From Eledone cirrhosa (lineage: Eukaryota): a stretch of 64,000 nt of DNA. Location of the stretch: positions 67,642,001-67,706,000 of the forward strand of contig OZ024742.1 in assembly GCA_964016885.1 (NCBI GenBank). Direction: 5' to 3'. The notes under the pieces were generated by a model. It had not been told where the DNA came from, searched no databases, and saw only the letters and a list, made by a program, of their open reading frames with translations. Positions 27,295-40,800 of the stretch are shown here, in pieces (the first letter of the stretch is position 1; the number at the start of each line of letters is the position of its first letter). Made by a program: the position numbers and the translations under genes.

Positions 27295-28345
27295 TCGATA
27301 CAATCTGTCTTCAACATTTCCATTTTGCTAGGTTCAACTCCTCGATTTTCCTTCTAATTCATTAGCAACTTGGCTTTGTACATCACTAAAGCTTCCGTAA
27401 TTTTATCCGAAATAAGTCTTCCGTTTCAGTGCTACACTACGAAGTAGAGACAGATCGACTGAACATTAATGTCCTGAAGCGTCTCATGAGATGAGGTCAC
27501 GCAATTGAACATCCTGACTGAGTTGCTAGAGTGATTGCATCACTAATGGGATGCCTTCTTTCAAATATTCAAACCGCTTCTCAATCCTGTAACATTGTGG
27601 GCTGTGAATAAAGTTCTCTTTTCTCAAGCTGTGTGTAACCAAATCTTATCTGCTGAAATCTAGCCGGATCATCGAAAACGACGGTTTAGGTACAGGTGTA
27701 GGAAATTAAGAGTTGCCAAAAGCTGGGTAGTTTCACGTTGTCAAAAGCTTTTGTGAAGTTAATGAAGGTGATGTGCACAGGGTTGTTGAATTCTATTGAT
27801 TTCTGAATGATTTGTTTAATTAATAGGATCTGCTCAATGGTGCCTCTTTCACGCTGACACACAGTTTGTGTTTCAGGAAATGAGGCGTAAAGGTCTGACT
27901 GTACTCGTGCTGCAATGATACTCATGAAAAGCTTGTAAGTAGGCTGAGAGGACAATAGTTCCCAAAATCAAGTCTGCTAACTTTTTTGTAGAGTACAATT
28001 ATCAATGCTTTCTTGAACATGTCCTGTAGTGATAATACAGTTCAAAAGATATTGAAGTGCTTTGATAATTAGTTAACCTCCAGCTTTGATGAATTCAGAG
28101 TATATGTTGTCCAGTCCAGGGCTTTTTCCTCGCTTCAAATATTTGATGGCATGAGATATCTTGGTAGCTAAGTTAGATAGAATGGCATCTAATGTCGAAT
28201 CATGAATGGTTGTTGGTTCTGAGTTGCTGAAGTACAGTTCCTCATCAAAATTAGCTCAGCGTTCAAGGATATCATCTTTGGAAGTAAGGATAGTATCGTT
28301 TGAATGTTTAATGCCCCAGCTAAAATTTCTTGGTTTAGTCTTTAG
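27295..28345 (-). pseudogene. RTE-like LINE ORF2, 5' segments (inverted)
   Basis: LKRGKSPGLDNIYSEFIKAGG; YKLFMSII..RGTIEQILLIKQIIQKSIEFNNPVHITFINFTKAFDNV. Confidence 0.8.
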
Positions 28346-29330
28346 TATATTCAAACAGCAAAATCTCAATTAACAAGAAATACATCAACCTACTGAAATA
28401 AATTTACACCAATTCAACAGCATATATCAAAACAGAGTTCGGAACTACACGGTGTATAGGCATCTTGAAGGGAGTTAAGCAGGGGTGGGGGGTACTGTCA
28501 GCGCTTCTTTTCTGTATAGTTATAACTGCACTTATCTACCAAACTGAAGTATAATGCTCTGCTGACTATCAAATAAAAGGTAAAATCATATCTAAATCTT
28601 AGCTATACAGACGATCTGGCCATCGTGAGTTACTCTAGAACTGATCAACAAGACTTTCTGAATATATTGCCCAATCATTCACTAGAGGCTGGCCTAAGCA
28701 TCAACATCTCCAAAACAAAGTGTATGACAACTGATAAAAACAATGCAAATCTCCAACTCTCAATCTACAAACAACAAATTGCTCAAGTTACGGAGTTTGT
28801 ATATCTCAGTCACAAACTATCATCAAACAACAATGGAATGGTTGCTGTGCAGTATCATATCACTCTAGGTTGGGCAGCTTTCAACAAGCACAAGGAAGTA
28901 CTAACATCAAAACGAGTTTCCTAACATTTGAAGGCTAAGATCTTTGATACTTACATCCTACCAGTTGTGTTATATAGTTTTGATTGTGTTAATTGGATGA
29001 CAAGGTCACATCAGAAGCTCTCTACATTCCAGAAACACATCATGAGACTTATGACTGGCAAGCGGCTCAGCGACCACATCTGTATCACTGAGCTGCTCAA
29101 CATGACCAGACTTAGACCAATCACATTATTTGTCAGGTCAGGAGTGCTTAAACTGTACGGTCATATCAAAAAATCAACTCAACAAGTTATGCCTAGAAAG
29201 AACGTTGGCTAGAACCAGAGGTCGGCAGCCAAAACGATGGCTTGATAATGTCAACTTATAGATAGGACTTGATCTAAGCTCTTAAACTCTAGTGATCGAA
29301 CTTTGTGGAGAAAAATATATCATGCAGTCT
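28346..29330 (+). pseudogene. RTE-like LINE ORF2, 3' segment
   Basis: INKKYINLLK..GILKGVKQG; LSYTDDL; GLSINISKTKCM; VTEFVYL; YILPVVLY; LKLYGHI; RTRGRQPKRWLDNV. Confidence 0.85.
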
Positions 29331-30147
29331 GCAGCTGGCAGAGTTTAGGGTTTGGATGGTACCAAACATCTACCACACACCGAAAATATTATGCAAAATT
29401 TAACGTCAGCAAAATACCGAAGCAAGAGAATTTATCTTCATTGTATTTAATTTAGCTATATTGTTTTGATTTTTAAAAAATTATATTCACAGTAATTTTT
29501 ATTGGAACAGAGAAATGATTTGAATTTCATTATTATATAAAATGTCATATTTTGCTTATATAAACTTGGCCTGAACACGATGCTAGCTATTCACAGTCCT
29601 CTGCTAATAAATGATATGCATATATATATATGCGTGTGTGGGTGTGTTTATGCGTGACAATGCATGTGTCTAAGTGTGCGTGTGCAGAAAAAGAATGTAA
29701 TTATTTTGTTATTGTTATGTAAATCATCATAGCGCAATAATGCATGGGAAGTCTAACAGAGAAGAGAATGCTGAATATATGGTGATTAACTAATATATTG
29801 CCGACACCAAAGCTTTTTCTCTAACGCCTAGAATCTGAATATAGTAAATAAAAATATGTCTGGTAAACAGATAATAAACCTGCCTGTCCTCTTCCTTGAA
29901 TAATGGACAATATTACTCTAGGAATATGTCCTTTCTCTTTCTACATCAACAAAGATTCTATCTCGCTCCATCCCATTCTCTTTCTTTCTATTTCTCTCTT
30001 TCGCCTGGTATTATATAATAGTGAGTTGTACGTCATTTAGACGCCAGATAGTCTGGCGTTTCTATTGGAAAAAGTAAAATATAACTTAACCTAAACTCTC
30101 TCTACATTCTCTCTTCCCTATCCGTCTATCTCTCAATATGTATGTGT

Positions 30148-30424
<277 letters not shown>

Positions 30425-30539
30425 TCCAAAGACAGTAATCTCTTCGCCTCACACGTTCAATGAAACCAATTTTCATCTACGACACATAATTATTATTTTA
30501 CATTGTTCGTATAATTATTTTCTTATATCAGAAGTACCC

Positions 30540-30855
30540 GGCAATTCCCGGGTATTTTATAAAAGTAACTTGACTGGTCTCGCTTGGGGATCCAGCCGGA
30601 TCAGTTGGATAGGGTTGCTTCTGAAATGGCCCATTAGAATGAGTGTTTGAGGACTTTGGTCCCATGACCCTCTCAGGAGTCACTGGGCGAAGAAGAAGAG
30701 GAAGAAGACGAAGACGAATAAGACGACGACGACGATAACGACGACGACGACGACGACGACGAAGAAGAAGAAGAAGAAGAAGAAGAAGAAGAAGAAGAAG
30801 AAGAAGAAGAAGAAGAAGAAGAAGAAGAAGAAGAAGAAGAAGAAGAAGAAGAAGA
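30540..30855 (+). mobile_element. 3' end of a dispersed retroelement with (GAC)n/(GAA)n tail
   Basis: CGCTTGGGGATC..GCCGGATCAGTT..GTTGCTTCTGA..GAGTGTTTGA..CCCAT.GACCCT is shared with 33530-33670; both copies end in (GAA)n. Confidence 0.6.
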
Positions 30856-31030
30856 TATTGGCATATATGAGAAAAGTTTTGCTCGATAAAATAGGATTGG
30901 TGTTTCTCACCAAAGTAGGAATTATGGCTGGATTTTCTTTGTTGCATGTTCAATTCAAAGTATCTAAATAAAGATGTTAGTCTTGTCCAGTGCTGTTGTT
31001 TTCAATACTACTCCCTTTTAAAATCATCAT

Positions 31031-31086
<56 letters not shown>

Positions 31087-32289
31087 TTTCGTCAACGAAA
31101 ACCATTCGGAATGTTGTCAGAGCAAAAGGGCAGGAGCAAAAATGTATTCCAAATGTTTTATATTCATTTGTTTGCACAATCAAAACAACTAAAATTCAAA
31201 ACAAGCAATCTCAAGGCTATTTTGAAAATCATAAATAAAATAAAATAAAATAAAATAAAATGAAAAATATTTAGCATTGTCTCACGAATGAACTATTTAT
31301 GTGATTCAGGAAATTGTATTTAGTTTTTTTATATTGTAGCTTTCACCAACAGTAACATTGTGTTTGTGGGAGATTTGTTTTCTATTTTTATAGAGTATAA
31401 AACAATTATTATGGTTCACATGACATACATACTCACACACACACACACACGCACAAACATATGTATGTATTTGTGCGATTCGATGGTAATCTTGGTTCAT
31501 ATATATATATATATACAAACTTGAGAGACTAAGGTGTAATTTGAACGAAATTTGACTGGTATTTCTAACAGATCTAGCTCCGACACAGATATCTCATTTC
31601 TACTACTTTATATATACTTCATATATACATGATGCCCGGAAAGGCTCTCGTATTCATGCACGTAACACTATGAAATAAAGTTGGGATTTCAGAATTCATT
31701 AAAAACTATATGATTAAGGAATTCGGATTTATGTGTTTTGTCATTGAAGTAGGAATTACGATATTGTCTTGATCATATACTTGTTCGTTTTAACCTCTCG
31801 AGATAAGCTGCATTTTTAAATCTGTCCTGTGGTGCTACACTAAATAGCCGTGGCAAACGTTATAACGCTAGATATTTGTGTTTCATCATCCTTATCAACA
31901 TCATCATTATTAACAGCAGCAGCAGAAGCAGATGCAAAAGCAGCAGCAGAATAGAGTTTTTTTTTTTCATCGAATATATCATCATCATAATCACAACCGC
32001 CATCATAAGCAAGCCGATAGAAGAACCTGTAGGTGTTAATTAATTTAGAAAGCGTAGCCATATATCACTCAGAATATATCATATCTTGTGTTAATTACCA
32101 TCTATTGTATAATAATTGTATACGTATTTCATATTTTATCAAATTAATCTGTCCAGTGTTTAACGTCATTACCTCTATCTTCATTTTATGTAATTTGTAC
32201 ATTATAACATGTATTGTTATTCCTATGTTTATAATGTTCGCTGAATTTTAAATAAACAAATAATAATAATAAAAATACTACTAATAATA

Positions 32290-32700
32290 ATATTTTCTGA
32301 TTTAAGCACAAGGCCAGAAATTTGGAGGGGAGGGGGAAAGTCGATTAAATCGACGGCTTCAGTGTATTACTGGTGCTATATTTTATCGACACCGTAAGGA
32401 TGAAACGTAAAGCTATCCTCGGCGGGATTTGAACTCAGAACGTAAATGGACGAAACTATGCCACGAAGCATGGTGTCCGACGCTCTATTATTCATAATAA
32501 TGTTTCTACTTTGGCACAAGGTCAGCAATTACCCAGTGTATTACTGGTACTTAATTTTATCGACCCCGTAAGGATGAAAGGCAAAGTTAACCTCGGGGGG
32601 GGGGGGGGGGGGGATCAGAAATTAAAGGGCCATAACTCTATGCCGCCAAGCATGTTATCCGACGCTCTACCGGTACTGCCAAACCCCCGTCCACCATCAT
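32290..32700 (-). mobile_element. Two tandem SINE copies
   Basis: Reverse complement of the SINE core, twice. Confidence 0.8.
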
Positions 32701-32734
32701 AATAATAATTGTTTCTATAATAATCATAATAATG

Positions 32735-33140
32735 ATGCACTGGAGTCGATTTAATCGACTTTCTCGCCCCGGCCTAAATCAGACACCATTATTATTGAGG
32801 GCAGTATCGGTAGAGGGTCTGACGCCAGGCTTTGCAGCGAAGAGTTACGGCCCTTTATGGTCTGAGTTCAAATCCCGCCGCGGTTAACTTTGCTTTTCAT
32901 CCTTACGGGGTCGATAAAATAAGGTACCAGTCACGCACTGGGTCAGATTTAATCGACTTTCTCCTCTGCCAATATTGCTGGCGTTGTGCCTATATAAGAA
33001 ACCATTATTATTGAGGGCGATGGATAGGCAGTATTGGTAAAGCATCGGATACCATGCTTCATGGCATATAGTTATAACCCTTTACGTCGTGAGTTCAAAT
33101 TTAGCCCAGGTTAACTTTCGGATTCCTCCTTACGGGAGAG
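32735..33140 (+). mobile_element. Tandem SINE copies (3' fragment, near-full copy, 5' part)
   Basis: GGCAGTATCGGTAGAG..GAGTTCAAATCCCGCC..CATCCTTACGGGGTCGATAAAA. Confidence 0.8.
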
Positions 33141-33421
33141 ACGCCCTCCTCCCCAAGAAGAAATTAATAAATAAAATAATAAAATTAATTGTTAACCTCG
33201 TGCCTAAATCTGAAACCATTATTATTATCATAATGTTTTTTTTTCTTCTGTTGTTTCATCAATTGAATCTGTTCTGTGAAATTATTCTGAAAAATAATCA
33301 ATCAAGATCTGAATTCCAAGAGGAAATAGGTTTGCCAAAGAATTACTCTCTCTTAAAAAAGAGGTGATGGCTGGGGGCGAAGAAGAAGAAGAAGAAGAAG
33401 AAGAAGAAGAAGAAGAAGAAG

Positions 33422-33453
<32 letters not shown>

Positions 33454-33529
33454 TGAGGTCGTTGACGAAAGTTGGACACCATAGCAGAAAAGATGTAATT
33501 ATGACGCTACAACAGAGAATATTTGTCAG

Positions 33530-33670
33530 GCGCTTGGGGATCTTGCCGGATCAGTTAGGAACAGTTGCTTCTGACAGGACCTAGTAGAAGGAGTGTTTGA
33601 AGATTCTGCCCCATAGACCCTGGCAAGAAGAAGAAGAAGAAGAAGAAGAAGAAGAAGAAGAAGAAGAAGA
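33530..33670 (+). mobile_element. Second 3'-end copy of the (GAA)n-tailed element
   Basis: Homologous to 30582-30700. Confidence 0.6.
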
Positions 33671-34787
33671 ATGCGGTTGATGATGATGATGATGAGAATA
33701 AGAAGTGGATTTAAAGAACATCCACGTAATTCTTTCAAACTAATTCTCAGTCAATTGAAATGAGATTGACCAAGCCGTTCAAAATACGCATTAAAAATTA
33801 AGTTTCATAGTTTTTAGCTATTTAGACATTTTCCTTCAATCTATTTTGCATAGTTCTTTTTCTTTTTACATTATCCTTTCATTTTTTTTGTATTAAGATT
33901 GAGTAAAATATATCAGTTAATAAATATGTACGATATGTGATTGTTCAAATTAAATTATGCTCTCATGTTAATCGTTAGATATATAAGGTGTAATAATAGT
34001 GATTAGTAGTTATAAAACAAGCTTAAGGAGAGTTAAATATACATGATAATTTATATTGACTCATAACAATATGTATAATAAAGTGATTGTGAAATATGTA
34101 TTATATCATTCAATGAAAAATACATATTATAATATTCAGAAATTTTAAATAAATAAAACATCATATAACGATTGTTATATGCATGTACACTATGTGCGCT
34201 ATCTAAATGTCTGTATTAGCATATATATGTATCTACATGTGTCTACATATACAAACATTTATCTAGATGCATGTGAGCGGCTCTGTATTGTGCGTGCATG
34301 TATTCATGTGTCTGTCTTTCTATATCTATCTATCTGTCGCTCTACCCCATCTCTCTCATTATATATATTTACAAATATCTCTTATATATGTGTGAGTGTG
34401 TAAAATGTGAACAGAAATAACAAAGCAAAAGGCACAGTTTATATATTAGTTTAACGCTAGAAATTACAGGAAAGGAGTCTAAACATTTCAGACACTAGTA
34501 ATTCATCAGACGATAGAATGAAAAATACAAAACAGAATAGAAAGATAAAAATTGAGAAGAGAAAGAACGGAAAAAATAGAAAAAAGACACACAAACACGA
34601 AAACATTTAACGTTTCATCAAATATTCCCTACTTAACCCATTTCATTGTATATGCGAAGACGGAAAGAATTTATAATCTACAGTTGCATTCATAATACTT
34701 TCAAAATGTCAGCATAGGATTTAGATGTGAATAATGTATTCAAAATTGCTAACTGTTAACTGCATAAAGACACTACTGAATGAGACT

Positions 34788-34850
<63 letters not shown>

Positions 34851-34856
<6 letters not shown>

Positions 34857-37800
34857 TATGGAGAAAAATACTGCAGGTAGCACATGGATAACATGTAATA
34901 AAATAAGTCCCTCATCAGTGATTTTCCGAAGATCATAGATATTTCATTGCATTAAAAATCATATATCTCACTTCGGTGCAATAATAACCAAAATAAGTTA
35001 TTAGGACAATTAAAACGCGTAAAGCGAGTGAGACAGGAGAACAACCGAAAGTATAGCATACCGTAGGGGACAGAAACAAGCTTCAAAAATTATTCTGTTT
35101 AGCATAAGCTAGGTGAATATATGAGCGCTTAGGGAATAGAACCTACACGAACGAGGGCTATGAGCAGAGAGAGAAAAATATAGCGTTCGTGAGTGCAGGA
35201 TGAAATGAAGAGAAGAGGGAGAAAAACAGTGAGTGAGTGAAAGTGTGAGGAAGAGTTAATGGACAAGACAGAGGGGGAGAAACAGAGAGAATGGGGGACA
35301 GTAAGAGAGAGAGAAAAAAACACAGAATCGCAGTGGTAGATATATGTATTAAAATATAGAGAAAAATACTGCAGGTAGCACATGGATAACATGTAATAAA
35401 ATAAGTCCCTCATCAGTGATTTGCCGAAGATCATAGATATTTCATTGCATTAAAAATCATATATCTCACTTCGGTGCAATAATAACCAAAATAAGTTATT
35501 AGGACAATTAAAACGCGTAAAGCGAGTGAGACAGGAGAACAACCGAAAGTATAGCATACCGTAGGGGACAGAAACAAGCTTCAAAAATTATTCTGTTTAG
35601 CATAAGCTAGGTGAATATATGAGCGCTTAGAGAATATAACCTACACGAACGAGGGCTATGAGCAGAGAGAGAAAAATATAGCGTTCGTGAGTGCAGGATG
35701 AAATGAAGAGAAGAGGGAGTAAAACAGTGAGTGAGTGAAAGTGTGAGGAAGAGTTAACGGACAAGACAGAGGGGGAGAAACAGAGAGAATGGGGGAACAG
35801 TAAGAGAGAGAGAAAAAACACAGAATCGCAGTGGTAAATATATGTATTAAAATATAGGGAAAAATACTGCAGGTAGCACATGGATAACATGTAATAAAAT
35901 AAGTCCCTCATCAGTGATTTTCCGAAGATCATAGATATTTCATTGCATTAAAAATCATATATCTCACTTCGGTGCAATAATAACCAAAATAAGTTATTAG
36001 GACAATTAAAACGCGTAAAGCGAGTGAGACAGGAGAACAACCGAAAGTATAGCATACCGTAGGGGACAGAAACAAGCTTCAAAAATGATTCTGTTTAGCA
36101 TAAGCTAGGTGAATATATGAGCGCTTAGAGAATAGAACCTACACGAACGAGGGCTATGAGCAGAGAGAGAAAAATATAGCGTTCGTGAGTGCAGGATGAA
36201 ATGAAGAGAAGAGGGAGAAAAACAGTGAGTGAGTGAAAGTGTGAGGAAGAGTTAATGGACAAGACAGAGGGGGAGAAACAGAGAGAATGGGGGACAGTAA
36301 GAGAGAGAGAAAAAAACACAGAATCGCACTGGTAGATATATGTATTAAAATATAGAGAAAAATACTGCAGGTAGCACATGGATAACATGTAATAAAATAA
36401 GTCCCTCATCAGTGATTTGCCGAAGATCATAGATATTTCATTGCATTAAAAATCATATATCTCACTTCGGTGCAATAATAACCAAAATAAGTTATTAGGA
36501 CAATTAAAACGCGTAAAGCGAGTGAGACAGGAGAACAACCGAAAGTATAGCATACCGTAGGGGACAGAAACAAGCTTCAAAAATTATTCTGTTTAGCATA
36601 AGCTAGGTGAATATATGAGCGCTTAGAGAATATAACCTACACGAACGAGGGCTATGAGCAGAGAGAGAAAAATATAGCGTTCGTGAGTGCAGGATGAAAT
36701 GAAGAGAAGAGGGAGAAAAACAGTGAGTGAGTGAAAGTGTGAGGAAGAGTTAACGGACAAGAGAGAGGGGGAGAAACAGAGAGAATGGGGGAACAGTAAG
36801 AGAGAGAGAAAAAAACACAGAATCGCAGTGGTAAATATATGTATTAAAATATAGAGAAAAATACTGCAGGTAGCACATGGATAACATGTAATAAAATAAG
36901 TCCCTCATCAGTGATTTGCCGAAGATCATAGATATTTCATTGCATTAAAAATCATATATCTCACTTCGGTGCAATAATAACCAATATAAGTTATTAGGAC
37001 AATTAAAGCGCGTAAAGCGAGTGAGACAGGAGAACAACCGAAAGTATAGCATACCGTAGGGGACAGAAACAAGCTTCAAAAATTATTCTGCTTAGCATGA
37101 GCTAGGTGAATATATGAGCGCTTAGAGAATAGAACCTACACGAACGAGGGCTATGAGCAGAGAGAGAAAAATATAGCGTTCGTGAGTGCAGGATGAAATG
37201 AAGAGAAGAGGGAGAAAAACAGTGAGTGAGTGAAAGTGTGAGGAAGAGTTAACGGACAAGACAGAGGGGGAGAAACAGAGAGAATGGGGGAACAGTAAGA
37301 GAGAGAGAAAAAACACAGAATCGCAGTGGTAAATATATGTATTAAAATATAGAGAAAAATACTGCAGGTAGCACATGGATAACATGTAATAAAATAAGTC
37401 CCTCATCAGTGATTTGCCGAAGATCATAGATATTTCATTGCATTGAAAATCATATATCTCACTTCGGTGCAATAATAACCAAAATAAGTTATTAGGACAA
37501 TTAAAACGCGTAAAGCGAGTGAGACAGGAGAACAACCGAAAGTATAGCATACCGTAGGGGACAGAAACAAGCTTCAAAAATGATTCTGTTTAGCATAAGC
37601 TAGGTGAATATATGAGCGCTTAGAGAATAGAACCTACACGAACGAGGGCTATGAGCAGAGAGAGAAAAATATAGCGTTCGTGAGTGCAGGATGAAATGAA
37701 GAGAAGAGGGAGAAAAACAGTGAGTGAGTGAAAGTGTGAGGAAGAGTTAATGGACAAGACAGAGGGGGAGAAACAGAGAGAATGGGGGACAGTAAGAGAG

Positions 37801-40800
37801 AGAGAAAAAAACACAGAATCGCAGTGGTAGATATATGTATTAAAATATAGAGAAAAATACTGCAGGTAGCACATGGATAACATGTAATAAAATAAGTCCC
37901 TCATCAGTGATTTGCCGAAGATCATAGATATTTCATTGCATTAAAAATCATATATCTCACTTCGGTGCAATAATAACCAAAATAAGTTATTAGGACAATT
38001 AAAACGCGTAAAGCGAGTGAGACAGGAGAACAACCGAAAGTATAGCATACCGTAGGGGACAGAAACAAGCTTCAAAAATTATTCTGTTTAGCATAAGCTA
38101 GGTGAATATATGAGCGCTTAGAGAATATAACCTACACGAACGAGGGCTATGAGCAGAGAGAGAAAAATATAGCGTTCGTGAGTGCAGGATGAAATGAAGA
38201 GAAGAGGGAGAAAAACAGTGAGTGAGTGAAAGTGTGAGGAAGAGTTAACGGACAAGAGAGAGGGGGAGAAACAGAGAGAATGGGGGAACAGTAAGAGAGA
38301 GAGAAAAAAACACAGAATCGCAGTGGTAAATATATGTATTAAAATATAGAGAAAAATACTGCAGGTAGCACATGGATAACATGTAATAAAATAAGTCCCT
38401 CATCAGTGATTTGCCGAAGATCATAGATATTTCATTGCATTAAAAATCATATATCTCACTTCGGTGCAATAATAACCAATATAAGTTATTAGGACAATTA
38501 AAGCGCGTAACGCGAGTGAGACAGGAGAACAACCGAAAGTATAGCATACCGTAGGGGACAGAAACAAGCTTCAAAAATTATTCTGCTTAGCATGAGCTAG
38601 GTGAATATATGAGCGCTTAGAGAATAGAACCTACACGAACGAGGGCTATGAGCAGAGAGAGAAAAATATAGCGTTCGTGAGTGCAGGATGAAATGAAGAG
38701 AAGAGGGAGAAAAACAGTGAGTGAGTGAAAGTGTGAGGAAGAGTTAACGGACAAGACAGAGGGGGAGAAACAGAGAGAATGGGGGAACAGTAAGAGAGAG
38801 AGAAAAAAACACAGAATCGCAGTGGTAAATATATGTATTAAAATATAGAGAAAAATACTGCAGGTAGCACATGGATAACATGTAATAAAATAAGTCCCTC
38901 ATCAGTGATTTGCCGAAGATCATAGATATTTCATTGCATTAAAAATCATATATCTCACTTCGGTGCAATAATAACCAATATAAGTTATTAGGACAATTAA
39001 AGCGCGTAAAGCGAGTGAGACAGGAGAACAACCGAAAGTATAGCATACCGTAGGGGACAGAAACAAGCTTCAAAAATTATTCTGCTTAGCATGAGCTAGG
39101 TGAATATATGAGCGCTTAGAGAATAGAACCTACACGAACGAGGGCTATGAGCAGAGAGAGAAAAATATAGCGTTCGTGAGTGCAGGATGAAATGAAGAGA
39201 AGAGGGAGAAAAACAGTGAGTGAGTGAAAGTGTGAGGAAGAGTTAACGGACAAGACAGAGGGGGAGAAACAGAGAGAATGGGGGAACAGTAAGAGAGAGA
39301 GAAAAAACACAGAATCGCAGTGGTAAATATATGTATTAAAATATAGAGAAAAATACTGCAGGTAGCACATGGATAACATGTAATAAAATAAGTCCCTCAT
39401 CAGTGATTTGCCGAAGATCATAGATATTTCATTGCATTAAAAATCATATATCTCACTTCGGTGCAATAATAACCAAAATAAGTTATTAGGACAATTAAAA
39501 CGCGTAAAGCGAGTGAGACAGGAGAACAACCGAAAGTATAGCATACCGTAGGGGACAGAAACAAGCTTCAAAAATGATTCTGTTTAGCATAAGCTAGGTG
39601 AATATATGAGCGCTTAGAGAATAGAACCTACACGAACGAGGGCTATGAGCAGAGAGAGAAAAATATAGCGTTCGTGAGTGCAGGATGAAATGAAGAGAAG
39701 AGGGAGAAAAACAGTGAGTGAGTGAAAGTGCGAGGAAGAGTTAATGGACAAGACAGAGGGGGAGAAACAGAGAGAATGGGGGACAGTAAGAGAGAGAGAG
39801 AAAAACACAGAATCGCAGTGGTAGATATATGTATTAAAATATAGAGAAAAATACTGCAGGTAGCACATGGATAACATGTAATAAAATAAGTCCCTCATCA
39901 GTGATTTGCCGAAGATCATAGATATTTCATTGCATTAAAAATCATATATCTCACTTCGGTGCAATAATAACCAAAATAAGTTATTAGGACAATTAAAACG
40001 CGTAAAGCGAGTGAGACAGGAGAACAACCGAAAGTATAGCATACCGTAGGGGACAGAAACAAGCTTCAAAAATTATTCTGTTTAGCATAAGCTAGGTGAA
40101 TATATGAGCGCTTAGAGAATATAACCTACACGAACGAGGGCTATGAGCAGAGAGAGAAAAATATAGCGTTCGTGAGTGCAGGATGAAATGAAGAGAAGAG
40201 GGAGAAAAACAGTGAGTGAGTGAAAGTGTGAGGAAGAGTTAACGGACAAGACAGAGGGGGAGAAACAGAGAGAATGGGGGAACAGTAACAGAGAGAGAAA
40301 AAACACAGAATCGCAGTGGTAAATATATGTATTAAAATATAGAGAAAAATACTGCAGGTAGCACATGGATAACATGTAATAAAATAAGTCCCTCATCAGT
40401 GATTTGCCGAAGATCATAGATATTTCATTGCATTAAAAATCCTATATCTCACGTCGGTGCAATAATAACCAAAATAAGTTATTAGGACAATTAAAACGCG
40501 TAAAGCGAGTGAGACAGGAGAACAACCGAAAGTATAGCATACCGTAGGGGACAGAAACAAGCTTCAAAAATTATTCTGTTTAGCATAAGCTAGGTGAATA
40601 TATGAGCGCTTAGAGAATAGAACCTACACGAACGAGGGCTATGAGCAGAGAGAGAAAAATATAGCGTTCGTGAGTGCAGGATGAAATTAAGAGAAGGGGG
40701 AGAAAAACAGTGAGTGAGTGAAAGTGTGAGGAAGAGTTAATGGACAAGACAGAGAGGGAGAAACAGAGAGAATGGGGGAACAGTAAGAGAGAAAGAAAAA

